Shown: positions 1-9,358 of the stretch, in pieces
Layout: the number at the start of each line of letters is the position of its first letter
Position numbering within the stretch: the stretch's first letter is position 1
DNA from: Bacteroidales bacterium
GTDB lineage: Bacteria > Bacteroidota > Bacteroidia > Bacteroidales > JAFGHD01
Assembly (NCBI GenBank): GCA_016927695.1
Contig: JAFGME010000068.1
Coordinates: 11,580 to 75,579 of the forward strand
Direction: 5' to 3'
DNA length: 64,000 nt
Notes under the pieces: model-generated
The model's input: only the letters and a program-made list of their open reading frames with translations
Told to the model about the DNA's origin: nothing
Databases searched by the model: none
Program-made: the position numbers and the translations under genes

Positions 1-1
1 T

Positions 2-469
2 ATCATTTTAGGCGTTGATTTTGACACATTCAGCCTTTATGGGGGAACACCCTTTTATGAAAAGGCGGAAAGCGTAGTGAATGCAGCCCAGAACTCTGCA
101 GAGAGTGGCTGGAAATCATTCGAAAATCAAAAAAACCGTTACTGGCTTGTCGAAAACATGCTCAACAATTCATACAATGACCTCAGGAAGTTTTTATATG
201 AATACCACATAAATGGCCTTGACCTGATGTCGGAAAAAACCGACCAGGGAAGAGCACAGATCAATGAAAACCTTACTTTGCTCAAAAACATTTATAATGA
301 AAGGCCGGGATTATTTTCACTGCAGATCATCCTTGATGCCAAAAGGGATGAGTTTGTCAACGTTTTTTCCATGGGAACGGCGAAAGAGAAATCCAATGCA
401 ATCAATATACTGAAAGAGATTGACCCGGCGAATTCAAGCAAATACTCCCAGATAATGAACCGGAACTAA
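2..469 (+). CDS. 3' end of a conserved hypothetical protein, truncated by the window edge
   Basis: The frame of track ORF 77..469 stays open back to nt 2 with no stop, so the GTG at 77 is an ORF-finder artefact. The gene lies directly upstream of recN. I do not recognise the family with confidence; its position before recN resembles the DUF4835-type gene of Bacteroidota. Confidence 0.5.
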   Translation: MILGVDFDTFSLYGGTPFYEKAESVVNAAQNSAESGWKSFENQKNRYWLVENMLNNSYNDLRKFLYEYHINGLDLMSEKTDQGRAQINENLTLLKNIYNERPGLFSLQIILDAKRDEFVNVFSMGTAKEKSNAINILKEIDPANSSKYSQIMNRN

Positions 470-494
470 ATCGGCTCCTTTATTGCATCTTTTG

Positions 495-502
495 TATTTT
501 TG
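495..502 (+). promoter_or_regulatory. Candidate Bacteroidota -7 promoter box (TAnnTTTG) for recN
   Basis: TATTTTTG matches TAnnTTTG and ends 28 nt upstream of the ATG at 530. Confidence 0.35.
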
Positions 503-529
503 CACCACAAATCAATCATGGATGAGCAC

Positions 530-2194
530 ATGCTGAAGTCTTTATTCATACAGAATTATGTTCTTATCGACAAAGCCAGGGTTGAATTTGAACAGGGGCT
601 CAATGTCATTACGGGCGAAACAGGCGCGGGAAAGTCGATATTGTTAGGGGCGCTTTCACTGATCCTTGGCAAAAGAGCTGATATGAAAGCGTTGCTGGAC
701 AAGGATGTCAAATGCATTGTGGAGGGGCAGTTCATGACTCATGATATCAGGATCAGGGAATGGTTTGAAAAGTATGACCTGGACTTTTGGAATGAATACA
801 CCCTGATCAGAAGGGAGATCAATCCTGAAGGCAAATCCAGGGCTTTTATCAACGACACGCCCGCTAATCTGAATATGCTTCATGAATTAGGCTCGGCTCT
901 TGTCGATATCCATTCGCAAAACAGCATGCAATCGCTGAATGACCCTGATTTCCAGCTCAGCGTTCTCGATACTTACGCCGGCATTCAGGAGCTAAGCGCC
1001 GGTTATGGAAAGGAATACAAAAAATTCCGTGCGATATCGGATGAACTTAACTCCTTAATAGAAAAAGAAAAAAAGCAACAGTCTGACCGTGATTATTACC
1101 GCTTTCTTTTCGACGAAATTGAACATGAAAACCTTGCTCCCGATGAAGATGGCCTGCTCTCAGATGAGTTGAAATGGCTGAAAAATGCCGTTGAGAATAA
1201 AAAAAATCTTTTGACCGCCGGTGAAATCCTCGACAACCAAATTGAAACAGCTCTGAATGCGGTCAGGGAAAAAATTCATGCCATTGCCCGGCACAGCGAT
1301 AAATTTGAACAGCTTGCGCAACGCATTAACAATGATTACATTGACCTGAAGGATATTTCTTCTGAAATCGCTGCTGCATCGGAGAACATTAATTATAACC
1401 CCGAAAGGGTAGCTGCCATTGAAGAGCGATTGGACGCCATAAACCGGCTTCTGCATAAACATCGGCTGGCTTCAGCGAAGGAAATTCTCTTGTTTAAAGA
1501 CGAACTTGATAAGAAACTTGCCGACATGGATACCCTTGAAGGGGAAATTCAACAAAAAGAGAAGGAATTCGCTGAACAGAAAAACAGGATCATTGATCTT
1601 GCCGGTGTGCTCACTAAAAAGCGTTCCTCTGTGCTGCCAGCCTTCGCCGGTGAAGTGGAAGCCAAACTGAACGGACTGGGAATGCCAAAAGCGGTTTTTG
1701 AAGTGGATCATAAAATTGCCAGTGAACCGGGCAGGCATGGCACAGACCACATCTCTTTCTTTTTCAATGCCAATAATATGGGTGAAAGCAGGGAATTGTC
1801 AAAAACTGCTTCCGGAGGGGAACTGTCGAGACTCATGTTGAGCATCAAATCTTTGGTATCAGGAAAAAACAATTTCCCGACAATTATTTTGGATGAAATC
1901 GATATGGGGGTGTCGGGAAAGATTGCCGACAGGGTAGGGGAACTGCTTAAAACGCTGGCCGGCGGCATGCAGGTTATTGCCATCACCCATTTACCACAGA
2001 TCGCAGGGAAGGGAAACAGTCATCTTTTCGTTTATAAAGAATCTGAGGGGAATATAAGCAGGTCAAAATTCAGAAATTTAACTCTGAAGGAGCGGGTGGA
2101 GGAGATCGCGAAGATGGTCAGCGGTGAAAACATTTCCGGCGCATCTTTGGAAACCGCAAGAAACCTCATCGGAAAAAACAGCGATAAACAGTAA
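530..2194 (+). CDS. recN: DNA repair protein RecN
   Basis: The N-terminus MLKSLFIQNYVLI...VITGETGAGKSILLGAL carries a Walker A motif. A long coiled-coil middle is followed by the C-terminal SMC signature ASGGELSRLMLSIK and Walker B IILDEIDMGVSG. I place the start at the ATG at 530 rather than the TTG at 500. Confidence 0.9.
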   Translation: MLKSLFIQNYVLIDKARVEFEQGLNVITGETGAGKSILLGALSLILGKRADMKALLDKDVKCIVEGQFMTHDIRIREWFEKYDLDFWNEYTLIRREINPEGKSRAFINDTPANLNMLHELGSALVDIHSQNSMQSLNDPDFQLSVLDTYAGIQELSAGYGKEYKKFRAISDELNSLIEKEKKQQSDRDYYRFLFDEIEHENLAPDEDGLLSDELKWLKNAVENKKNLLTAGEILDNQIETALNAVREKIHAIARHSDKFEQLAQRINNDYIDLKDISSEIAAASENINYNPERVAAIEERLDAINRLLHKHRLASAKEILLFKDELDKKLADMDTLEGEIQQKEKEFAEQKNRIIDLAGVLTKKRSSVLPAFAGEVEAKLNGLGMPKAVFEVDHKIASEPGRHGTDHISFFFNANNMGESRELSKTASGGELSRLMLSIKSLVSGKNNFPTIILDEIDMGVSGKIADRVGELLKTLAGGMQVIAITHLPQIAGKGNSHLFVYKESEGNISRSKFRNLTLKERVEEIAKMVSGENISGASLETARNLIGKNSDKQ

Positions 2195-2204
2195 CATCAA
2201 ACCC

Positions 2205-3050
2205 ATGGCATACAATTTATTGAAAGGTAAAAAAGGCATCATTTTCGGAGCCCTTGACCACAAATCCATTGCCTGGAAAACCGCAGAAATGGCATATGCA
2301 GAAGGAGCGGAGTTTACCCTCACCAACACTCCGACCGCCATCCGTTTCGGTGAAATCAACGAGCTGGCTGAAAAATGCCATGCGCCGGTCATACCGGCCG
2401 ATGCCACCAGCGTGCCCGACCTTACCGGGCTGGTTCAGCAATCAATGGATATTCTTGGCGGAAAAATTGATTTTATCCTCCATTCGGTGGGTATGTCGAT
2501 GAATGTAAGGAAAAAAAAGGTTTACAGCGACCTTGATTATGATTATTTCAGTAAAACACTTGATATTTCAGCCCTGTCTTTTCATAAAATTCTTCAGGTT
2601 TGCTTCAGGCTGGATGCTATAAAGGAGTGGGGCTCTGTGGTAGCCTTGTCGTATATCGCCGCACAGCGCACTCTTTATGGTTACAACGATATGGCCGATG
2701 CGAAATCGCTGCTTGAATCCATCGCGCGAAGCTTTGGATACATCTACGGCAGGGAGAGAAAAATCAGGGTCAACACCATTTCACAATCGCCCACACTCAC
2801 CACTGCCGGTAGCGGCGTGAAAGGAATTGACGGTCTGTTGGACTTTACCGACAGGATGTCGCCGCTTGGAAATGCCACGGCAGAAGAGTGTGCCGGTATG
2901 TGTGTACTTCTTTTTTCTGATCTGACAAGGAAAGTCACCATGCAAAACATTTTCCATGACGGAGGATTCTCAAGCATGGGCATGAGCCTCCGCGCCATGA
3001 AGATGTACAACCGCAGCCTTGACTGCGACGATTGCCCGCCGGTGGACTGA
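2205..3050 (+). CDS. fabI: Enoyl-[acyl-carrier-protein] reductase (NADH) FabI
   Basis: MAYNLLKGKKGIIFGALDHKSIAWK is a typical FabI N-terminus with a Rossmann fold. An SDR-like core follows (LHSVGMS, SYIAAQR). The start is the internal ATG at 2205; the longer ORF from 2124 would overlap recN. Confidence 0.9.
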   Translation: MAYNLLKGKKGIIFGALDHKSIAWKTAEMAYAEGAEFTLTNTPTAIRFGEINELAEKCHAPVIPADATSVPDLTGLVQQSMDILGGKIDFILHSVGMSMNVRKKKVYSDLDYDYFSKTLDISALSFHKILQVCFRLDAIKEWGSVVALSYIAAQRTLYGYNDMADAKSLLESIARSFGYIYGRERKIRVNTISQSPTLTTAGSGVKGIDGLLDFTDRMSPLGNATAEECAGMCVLLFSDLTRKVTMQNIFHDGGFSSMGMSLRAMKMYNRSLDCDDCPPVD

Positions 3051-3262
3051 TTAATGCTTACTCAACTGTTGTTTTCTTCCATTCGTCTTACATTAGTGGA
3101 TCCGTGGCTATTTCTCTTTTACCATGAATACACAGTTTAAGGACGAATAATTTTTATATACTTTTGTCCTCCCTCAGCGATACATAAAACCGCCAGGTAG
3201 ATCGGGGGACCCGCCCACTTTTAACTTTACAAACTTTATAAACTTTCTGCTTAATTAACTCT

Positions 3263-5734
3263 CTACTTCCCCCTAACCACAAACTTTGCCCTGCCTGCCT
3301 CCCTGCCTTCGTTCAATACAACTGCAATGTAAATTCCCGGGGTCAACGGTTCTTTTGAAATGTCAATCCGGACGCTGTTATCACCTTCCTTCAGGCCTGA
3401 AAATTCAAATGTTCTTACTAAGGAACCCTGCATTGTATATATTGCGACACTTGCTTCGCTGCTTCGGAATTTCAGCCATAAGATACCATCCGAGGGGTTC
3501 GGGAAAATACTTATCCCCGGATTGTCAGTTACAGGTTGCCGGATACCTGTCGCTGAAGGGTTGTGTACCTTTGATTTGAAAATGCTGTGTGTGTATGTCC
3601 CCGCAAGGACATGCAGTGAATCGTCCTGGTAATAAGGGTTTGAAAATGATGTGATGTTCAGGGCAGGCATTCCTGAGTTGTTTTGCTGCCATGATACGGC
3701 GGCATCGTCTGTCAGATAAATGCCATTTTGCGAAGAGGCTGCATAAACCACATCCGTATTTTCAGGATTTACAAAAACGTCGTTGATTTTGGAGTAAATG
3801 GCAAGGTTAACAGGCGTTGCAGACCATGTTTCGCCTGCATCCGTCGATTTATAAACCGTCCCGTTCATATCTCCGGATCCCCCGATTCCACCGTAATAAG
3901 TCATTATATCCGTGGGATCGCAGGTAATTGATCCTGCCCATCTGCATGAGGCCGGTAATCCATTGTTGATCTTGACCCAGTTACCCCCTCCATTCTCACT
4001 TTTCAGAAAGCCTGCGGGTTCATCCTGCGATTTGTAGGCGGCCAGCACTGTCATGTCCCCTGTTCCCGGGACAATGTGAAGATAGCGTACGCTGTTGTTG
4101 GGTATTCCTTTGTACACTTCGGTCCAGTTGTCTCCGCCGTTGTCGGTTCTGTATATGATGGCATCAAAACCGTTTACCCCGAAATTATTGCCTCCGATAA
4201 ATAGAAGTTCAGGGTTTTCATCTGAAATACAGATCGAAAATATTTGTGTTTCAAAAAGCGATCCAATGTTGGGTCCCATATTGCTCCAGCTCTGCCCTCC
4301 GTCTTCCGATTTGTACAGACCTTCCTGTGCAACGGATGATGGTCCGTTCGACCATGCATAAATGCAACCGTCTTTGCCGATGGTAACCGCCGAAAAGCGT
4401 GTTGCCGGTAACGATGACACCAGATTCCAGGATTCACCGGTGTCGCTGCTCAAATAACACCCTCCCGAGTTCTCTGCCTCAAAAGAGGCGAGCGCCACAC
4501 CATCGCTGAGGGGAGAAACTTCAACATCATTGATAAGAAGTGTGGCAATGCCTTCATGGGAATACTCCCAGTTTTGTGCTCCGTCGGTGCTTTTGCATAC
4601 TGCAAGGCTGAGAAAACCGGCGTAAAGAATGTCCTGGTTTTGAGGATGCAGTAAAATTTTCCGGGCTGCGCCGTTTGCTCCTGCTCCTGCAGTGTTAAAT
4701 TCCCAGGCCGACCCTCCGTTTGATGAATAATAAATCCCATCGCCCTCTGTTGCAACAAATATCCTGTCAGAATTTGTAGGATCAATCAGAATGTCGTTGC
4801 AATATTTGTTGGGAAAGGAGCCGGAGATATTTTGCCAGCTAAGGCCGTAATCAAGGCTTTCGTAAACACCCAGAAACTGGCTGCCAAAAAGCTGTCCTCC
4901 TGCAATATAAACCTTTCCGTTTGCAATACTCACCTGATTGACGGGTTTGCCAGCCGGAAGGTTGGATGTCCGGTTTTCCCAGGTCGCACCCCCGTCAAAA
5001 CTCGCTGCCACAAGGGCATTGCTGAAGCTTTCTCTGCCAACCACGAAAACTGTCTGCGGATTTCCGGGATCAACCGATATCCTGTCGGCAGAATAGCCGG
5101 CAGGCATAGCTGAAATCAGGTTCAAAAGGTTCCAGTTGGAGCCTCCGTTTTCTGACTTCAGCACAATTTTATTTTCAGGACCGGTGTCAGCCGATAAACC
5201 AAGATAGATCACATCCGGATTTACCGGGTCAAAAGCAATGCAGTAAATCGAACGGTTCACAGGGATGAAAAACGGGCTCCATGTGCTGCCTCCGTCAGTG
5301 GAACGGAAACCCTTTCCGTAGATGAAGTCCCCCGAAGCCATCAATAAGCCATCGGAACAGGATTCAATAACACGGATATTGTTGGAAGAGAGCAGGGCAA
5401 GATCCTCCATAACAGACCAGTTTTGCCCTCCGTTTTCGCTGCGGAAAGGTATGCCCGCTGCAGCAAATGTCAGTTCGGGATCAGTGGGGTCGGCCGCCAT
5501 ATCGGTAACATCTCCTCCAAAAGGCCCGACTGAGTTCCACAGCCCCTGACCATACAGGGGTGCTTTCACATCACGCTGCTTATGGATGTTTCTGCCGGAA
5601 AAGCGATTTCCATAATAGTCTGCTTCCTGTTCCGGTTGTTGCGAACCATTTATTCCGGAATATTGTCCTATAAGTATACCTGAGGACAGAAAGGCGATGA
5701 TACAAAAAAGGGCACTTCTCAATTGACTTCTCAT
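3263..5734 (-). CDS. Secreted BNR/Asp-box repeat protein (tandem beta-propeller, sortilin/VPS10- or GH74-like) with T9SS C-terminal sorting domain
   Basis: There are at least 10 Asp-boxes (STDGGSTW, SENGGSNW, SFDGGATW, SSNGGSAW, STDGAQNW, SSDTGESW, SEDGGQSW, TDNGGDNW, SENGGGNW, STDAGETW). A signal peptide starts at the internal Met (MRSQLRSALFCIIAFLSSGILIGQ, ATG at 5734). The C-terminus ISIFPNPSDGILWLKF...GIYIAVV is T9SS CTD-like. Confidence 0.8.
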   Translation of the reverse strand: MRSQLRSALFCIIAFLSSGILIGQYSGINGSQQPEQEADYYGNRFSGRNIHKQRDVKAPLYGQGLWNSVGPFGGDVTDMAADPTDPELTFAAAGIPFRSENGGQNWSVMEDLALLSSNNIRVIESCSDGLLMASGDFIYGKGFRSTDGGSTWSPFFIPVNRSIYCIAFDPVNPDVIYLGLSADTGPENKIVLKSENGGSNWNLLNLISAMPAGYSADRISVDPGNPQTVFVVGRESFSNALVAASFDGGATWENRTSNLPAGKPVNQVSIANGKVYIAGGQLFGSQFLGVYESLDYGLSWQNISGSFPNKYCNDILIDPTNSDRIFVATEGDGIYYSSNGGSAWEFNTAGAGANGAARKILLHPQNQDILYAGFLSLAVCKSTDGAQNWEYSHEGIATLLINDVEVSPLSDGVALASFEAENSGGCYLSSDTGESWNLVSSLPATRFSAVTIGKDGCIYAWSNGPSSVAQEGLYKSEDGGQSWSNMGPNIGSLFETQIFSICISDENPELLFIGGNNFGVNGFDAIIYRTDNGGDNWTEVYKGIPNNSVRYLHIVPGTGDMTVLAAYKSQDEPAGFLKSENGGGNWVKINNGLPASCRWAGSITCDPTDIMTYYGGIGGSGDMNGTVYKSTDAGETWSATPVNLAIYSKINDVFVNPENTDVVYAASSQNGIYLTDDAAVSWQQNNSGMPALNITSFSNPYYQDDSLHVLAGTYTHSIFKSKVHNPSATGIRQPVTDNPGISIFPNPSDGILWLKFRSSEASVAIYTMQGSLVRTFEFSGLKEGDNSVRIDISKEPLTPGIYIAVVLNEGREAGRAKFVVRGK

Positions 5735-5837
5735 TTTGCAGGACATTGATTTGACAAACAAATATAAGGTTAAAACCCATGCAGCAATTTCTTTTTTAAA
5801 ACATTTATTTATCTTTATCAAAATAATTTCGTTTTCG

Positions 5838-8800
5838 ATGATTAAAAAACAGCAACTTATGAAAAACTATACAGCCTTTATACACTCCATTGCTTTAATT
5901 ATAGGTTTAAGTATGATTATGCAGATTGCATATACACAGATACTTATCAACGAATATTCATCTTCCAATTTAAGTGGATTTCAGGACAATTACGGTGAAT
6001 ATGAAGACTGGATAGAATTGCACAACTCCGATTTGCTTGGGATTAACCTGGGCGGTTATTGCCTTAGCGATGATCCCGAAGATACTCAGAAATGGGAATT
6101 CCCGTTTGGGGTTACAATACCTTCCGGGGGGTTCCTGAAAATATGGGCCACAGGCAGGGATGAAGTTACCGGATCCAATTACCATACCAGCTTCAGGCTA
6201 ACCCAGACAAAAGCAGACACAGAGTATATTGTGTTAACCAATCCGCTGGGCAATATTATTGACATACAACCATTGCTTATCACACAAAAAGATCATTCAA
6301 GAGGAAGAGTTATGAACGGATCAAGTGAATGGGGTGTGTTCACCAGTCCGACACCCGGGAACTCAAATAATAATGCCACTGCCTATCTCAGATATGCTGA
6401 AATCCCGGTCATGAGCGATACTGCCGGGTTTTTTCCGGGTCCCGTCACAATCACTATTACCACCCAGGAACCCAATTCAACCCTATACTTTACCAACAAC
6501 GGACAAACTCCAACCTCTTCATCCACTGTATATTCAGGTCCGATACCCGTAAACGGCACAACCCTTCTTCAGGCAAGGGTGATAAGCAACGACCCGCAGG
6601 TGCTGCCCGGGTTGATTGAATTTAATACATATTTCATCAATGAGTTTCATAATACAGCAGTGATATCCGCCTCGGGCAATCAATTGCTTAACCTGCTGAA
6701 CGGCAATTCATCGCTGAGGCCATTCGGCACGATGGAATACTTTAACAAACAAGGGGTAAGGACAACCCGTGCCTACGGAGAGTTTAATGAACACGGACAG
6801 GATTCCTGGGTACACGACCAGCGCAGCATTGATTACATCACACGTGATGAGTGCGGCTATAATTATGCCCTGCAGGGTAAACTTCTTGCACTGACCGACA
6901 GGGAAGAGTTTCAGAGGCTGATTATCCGGGCCGAGGGTGATGATAATTATCCTGGCATCGACACAAGCTCCCACACCAGGGATTTCATCATACAAAACCT
7001 TGCTGAAAAAATCGGGATGAGCCTCGATGTAAGAAAAGGTGAAAGGGTTGTAATGTATGCCAACGGGCAGTTTTGGGGCATTTATTCTATTCGCGAAAAG
7101 GTAAACGATCATGATTTCACTGATTATTATTATGGGCAGGGAAAATACGACCTGCAATTCCTCATGCTCTGGGGCGGAACCTGGGCCGAATATGGCGGAC
7201 AGCAGGCTTTCACCGACTGGAATGCACTGCATGATTTTATCAAATTCCAGGATATGACCAACATGGAGAATTATAATTATGTTACATCTCAACTGGATAT
7301 TGCAAGCCTGGTGGATTATATCCTGATCAACTCCTATGTGGTTTGCTCCGACTGGATCAACTGGAATGTGGGATGGTGGCGGGGCCTCAATCCCGAGGGC
7401 GCTCACCGCAAATGGGGTTACATACTCTGGGATGAAGATGCGACCTTTGGCCATTATATAAACTATACCGGCGTTCCCGGGCAGAATCCTTATGTTTCGC
7501 CCTGTTTTCCGGAAGGGATCACTTCCGACCCGGAGGAACATATCTTCATGCTGAACAGGCTTAAAACCAATCCCGTTTTCAGACAATATTACGTTTCCCG
7601 CTACATCGACCTGATCAATACCGGCCTGCACATTGACTATGTGCTGCCCTGGATCGACAGCATTGCCTCCCTGATCGAAGTTGAAATGCCCCGGCATGTT
7701 GCACGGTGGGGAGGCTCGGTAGCCGAGTGGGAAACCAATGTCCAGAAAATCAGGAATTTTGTCACTACACGATTCGGGATATTGAACCAGGGATTGATCA
7801 ACTGCTACAATCTTAACGGGCCATATCCCATTACCCTTATGGTGGAACCGGAGGGCACCGGTGAAATCGTCCTCAATTCACTTACACTCAATGATTTTCC
7901 ATGGCAGGGAAATTACTTCGGAGGAGTTGATGTTCTTTTGAATGCAATTCCTTCCGACATCACCTATGAATTCGATTACTGGGACCTCGCGAATCATGTC
8001 GTTTTTCCATCGGACACTCTTAACAGTGTAAGCCTGAATCTTTTTACCAGCGATACCATCATTGCCCGTTTCAAACCAAAAGTATTTGCCGATTCGCTTG
8101 TAATCAATGAAATCTGCTACAATCCGCATCCCGACTTTGATTCAGAAGACTGGATTGAATTTTACAATCCCCAGGGATATGAACTTGATATCACCGATTG
8201 GATATTCAGGGATTCCATTGATGAACATGCGTATGTTTTTCCTGCCGGCACCCTCATCGATCCTTATGGGTACCTTGTACTGTGCAGGGATACTGCTGCT
8301 TTCAAGACCATTTTTCCGGAAGTCACCAATTTCATTGGCAATATGGATTTTGGGCTGAGCGGTTCGGGTGAACTGATCAGGCTTTACAATGAGGAAGGGG
8401 CGCTGGTGGACACGGTGCATTACGATGACAATGCTCCCTGGCCCACAGAACCCGATGGAAACGGCCCCACTTTGGAGTTAAAGGATCCGGCGCTCGACAA
8501 TGCGCTTGCCGAAAACTGGAAAGCTTCACAGGATTTTGGCACTCCGGGAGAGGAAAACAGCCCCTCAGTGGGTTTTGTACACTTTGAAAACCCAGACATA
8601 AATCCGCGTCTGATTGTATCACCTAATCCCTTTGCTTCCCAAACGATGATCACTATTCATCAGCAGGGTAAAGTGGCCCATGGCGAATTGACTTTATATA
8701 ACTTTTTTGGCGACAAAGTCAGGATTATGGAAGGTATAAATTCAACCAAAGTAATCCTGAACCTCGGAAATCTCCCCTCAGGGATATACATACTCAGGTA

Positions 8801-8852
8801 TACTGACCTGGATAAAGGCAGAACAGCAACTGCCAAACTGATTTCAGAGTAG
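5838..8852 (+). CDS. CotH kinase-family protein flanked by two lamin-tail (LTD) domains, with T9SS C-terminal sorting domain
   Basis: The N-terminal LTD is ILINEYSSSN...YEDWIELHNSD...GYCLSDD. The central CotH-like core contains RLIIRAEGDDNYPG and MYANGQFWGIYSIREKV. The second LTD is LVINEICYNPHPDFDSEDWIEFYNPQG...WIFRD. The CTD is IVSPNPFASQTMITI...GIYILRY. The signal/anchor is MIKKQQLMKNYTAFIHSIALIIGLSMIMQIAYTQ; the start is 5838 or 5859. Confidence 0.8.
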   Translation: MIKKQQLMKNYTAFIHSIALIIGLSMIMQIAYTQILINEYSSSNLSGFQDNYGEYEDWIELHNSDLLGINLGGYCLSDDPEDTQKWEFPFGVTIPSGGFLKIWATGRDEVTGSNYHTSFRLTQTKADTEYIVLTNPLGNIIDIQPLLITQKDHSRGRVMNGSSEWGVFTSPTPGNSNNNATAYLRYAEIPVMSDTAGFFPGPVTITITTQEPNSTLYFTNNGQTPTSSSTVYSGPIPVNGTTLLQARVISNDPQVLPGLIEFNTYFINEFHNTAVISASGNQLLNLLNGNSSLRPFGTMEYFNKQGVRTTRAYGEFNEHGQDSWVHDQRSIDYITRDECGYNYALQGKLLALTDREEFQRLIIRAEGDDNYPGIDTSSHTRDFIIQNLAEKIGMSLDVRKGERVVMYANGQFWGIYSIREKVNDHDFTDYYYGQGKYDLQFLMLWGGTWAEYGGQQAFTDWNALHDFIKFQDMTNMENYNYVTSQLDIASLVDYILINSYVVCSDWINWNVGWWRGLNPEGAHRKWGYILWDEDATFGHYINYTGVPGQNPYVSPCFPEGITSDPEEHIFMLNRLKTNPVFRQYYVSRYIDLINTGLHIDYVLPWIDSIASLIEVEMPRHVARWGGSVAEWETNVQKIRNFVTTRFGILNQGLINCYNLNGPYPITLMVEPEGTGEIVLNSLTLNDFPWQGNYFGGVDVLLNAIPSDITYEFDYWDLANHVVFPSDTLNSVSLNLFTSDTIIARFKPKVFADSLVINEICYNPHPDFDSEDWIEFYNPQGYELDITDWIFRDSIDEHAYVFPAGTLIDPYGYLVLCRDTAAFKTIFPEVTNFIGNMDFGLSGSGELIRLYNEEGALVDTVHYDDNAPWPTEPDGNGPTLELKDPALDNALAENWKASQDFGTPGEENSPSVGFVHFENPDINPRLIVSPNPFASQTMITIHQQGKVAHGELTLYNFFGDKVRIMEGINSTKVILNLGNLPSGIYILRYTDLDKGRTATAKLISE

Positions 8853-8876
8853 CATCTTTGCAGAGGTTCAGACATC

Positions 8877-9197
8877 TCAATAGTCGTCCTCATCCTTATC
8901 ATCACTGCTTTCGGCTTCAGTTTCGCCGGAACTGGTGTCTTCGGATGAATGGTTGTCACCGTAGCTCTGCTGTTCTTCCTCTTTCTCGAGATCACTTTTC
9001 GAGTCAATCTTTACCGGAACTTTGACAAGGTAGGTCGAGTCATCTGTGTCAACCGTTATGGCATAAAAAAAATCACCTGTCGGTTTTGTAATCCTTTTCA
9101 CATGATTTGACCATCCGTCAGGATATAACTCATATATCCTTTCTTTCAGTTCCTGAGAGATTTTCTCCATGCTGGTTACAATTTTCTTTTTCGTCAT
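8877..9197 (-). CDS. Small hypothetical protein with strongly acidic C-terminal tail
   Basis: The 106 aa ORF has a roughly 65 aa N-terminal region followed by EKEEEQQSYGDNHSSEDTSSGETEAESSDDKDEDDY. It is divergent from the A2M gene, and I recognise no family. Confidence 0.5.
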   Translation of the reverse strand: MTKKKIVTSMEKISQELKERIYELYPDGWSNHVKRITKPTGDFFYAITVDTDDSTYLVKVPVKIDSKSDLEKEEEQQSYGDNHSSEDTSSGETEAESSDDKDEDDY

Positions 9198-9358
9198 CTC
9201 AATATTATGATTTTAAAACTGTTAACCCTAATTTCTCACTGATCTTAACGATCATAAAAATAAAAATTCTTTTATTTCAACATCATTTTTTTATACATTT
9301 ATAAAAAAAATAAATTCTCCGGCCTTGAAGATGTATAACATTTACAATTGTCAGACCT

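Noticed and set aside
500-529. N-terminal extension of recN (MHHKSIMDEH) from a TTG start
   Set aside because: RecN homologues begin at the ML(K/x)xLxIxN motif. The ATG at 530 lies 28 nt downstream of a TAnnTTTG box that the longer ORF would include in its coding sequence.
2124-2204. N-terminal extension of fabI overlapping the end of recN
   Set aside because: FabI homologues start at M(A/S)YNLLKGK. The extension is an out-of-frame read-through of the recN 3' end.
3051-3262. 212-nt gap between convergent fabI and the BNR gene, checked for a tRNA, sRNA or terminator
   Set aside because: There is no T-loop-like GTTCRANNC, and the only stem is weak at 5 bp (AGGAC...GTCCT). I cannot support anything there.
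6708-7697. 329-aa ORF on the minus strand
   Set aside because: It lies entirely antisense to the strongly supported CotH core. Its product is low-complexity and I/V/G/P-rich with no recognisable motif, so it is a typical shadow ORF.
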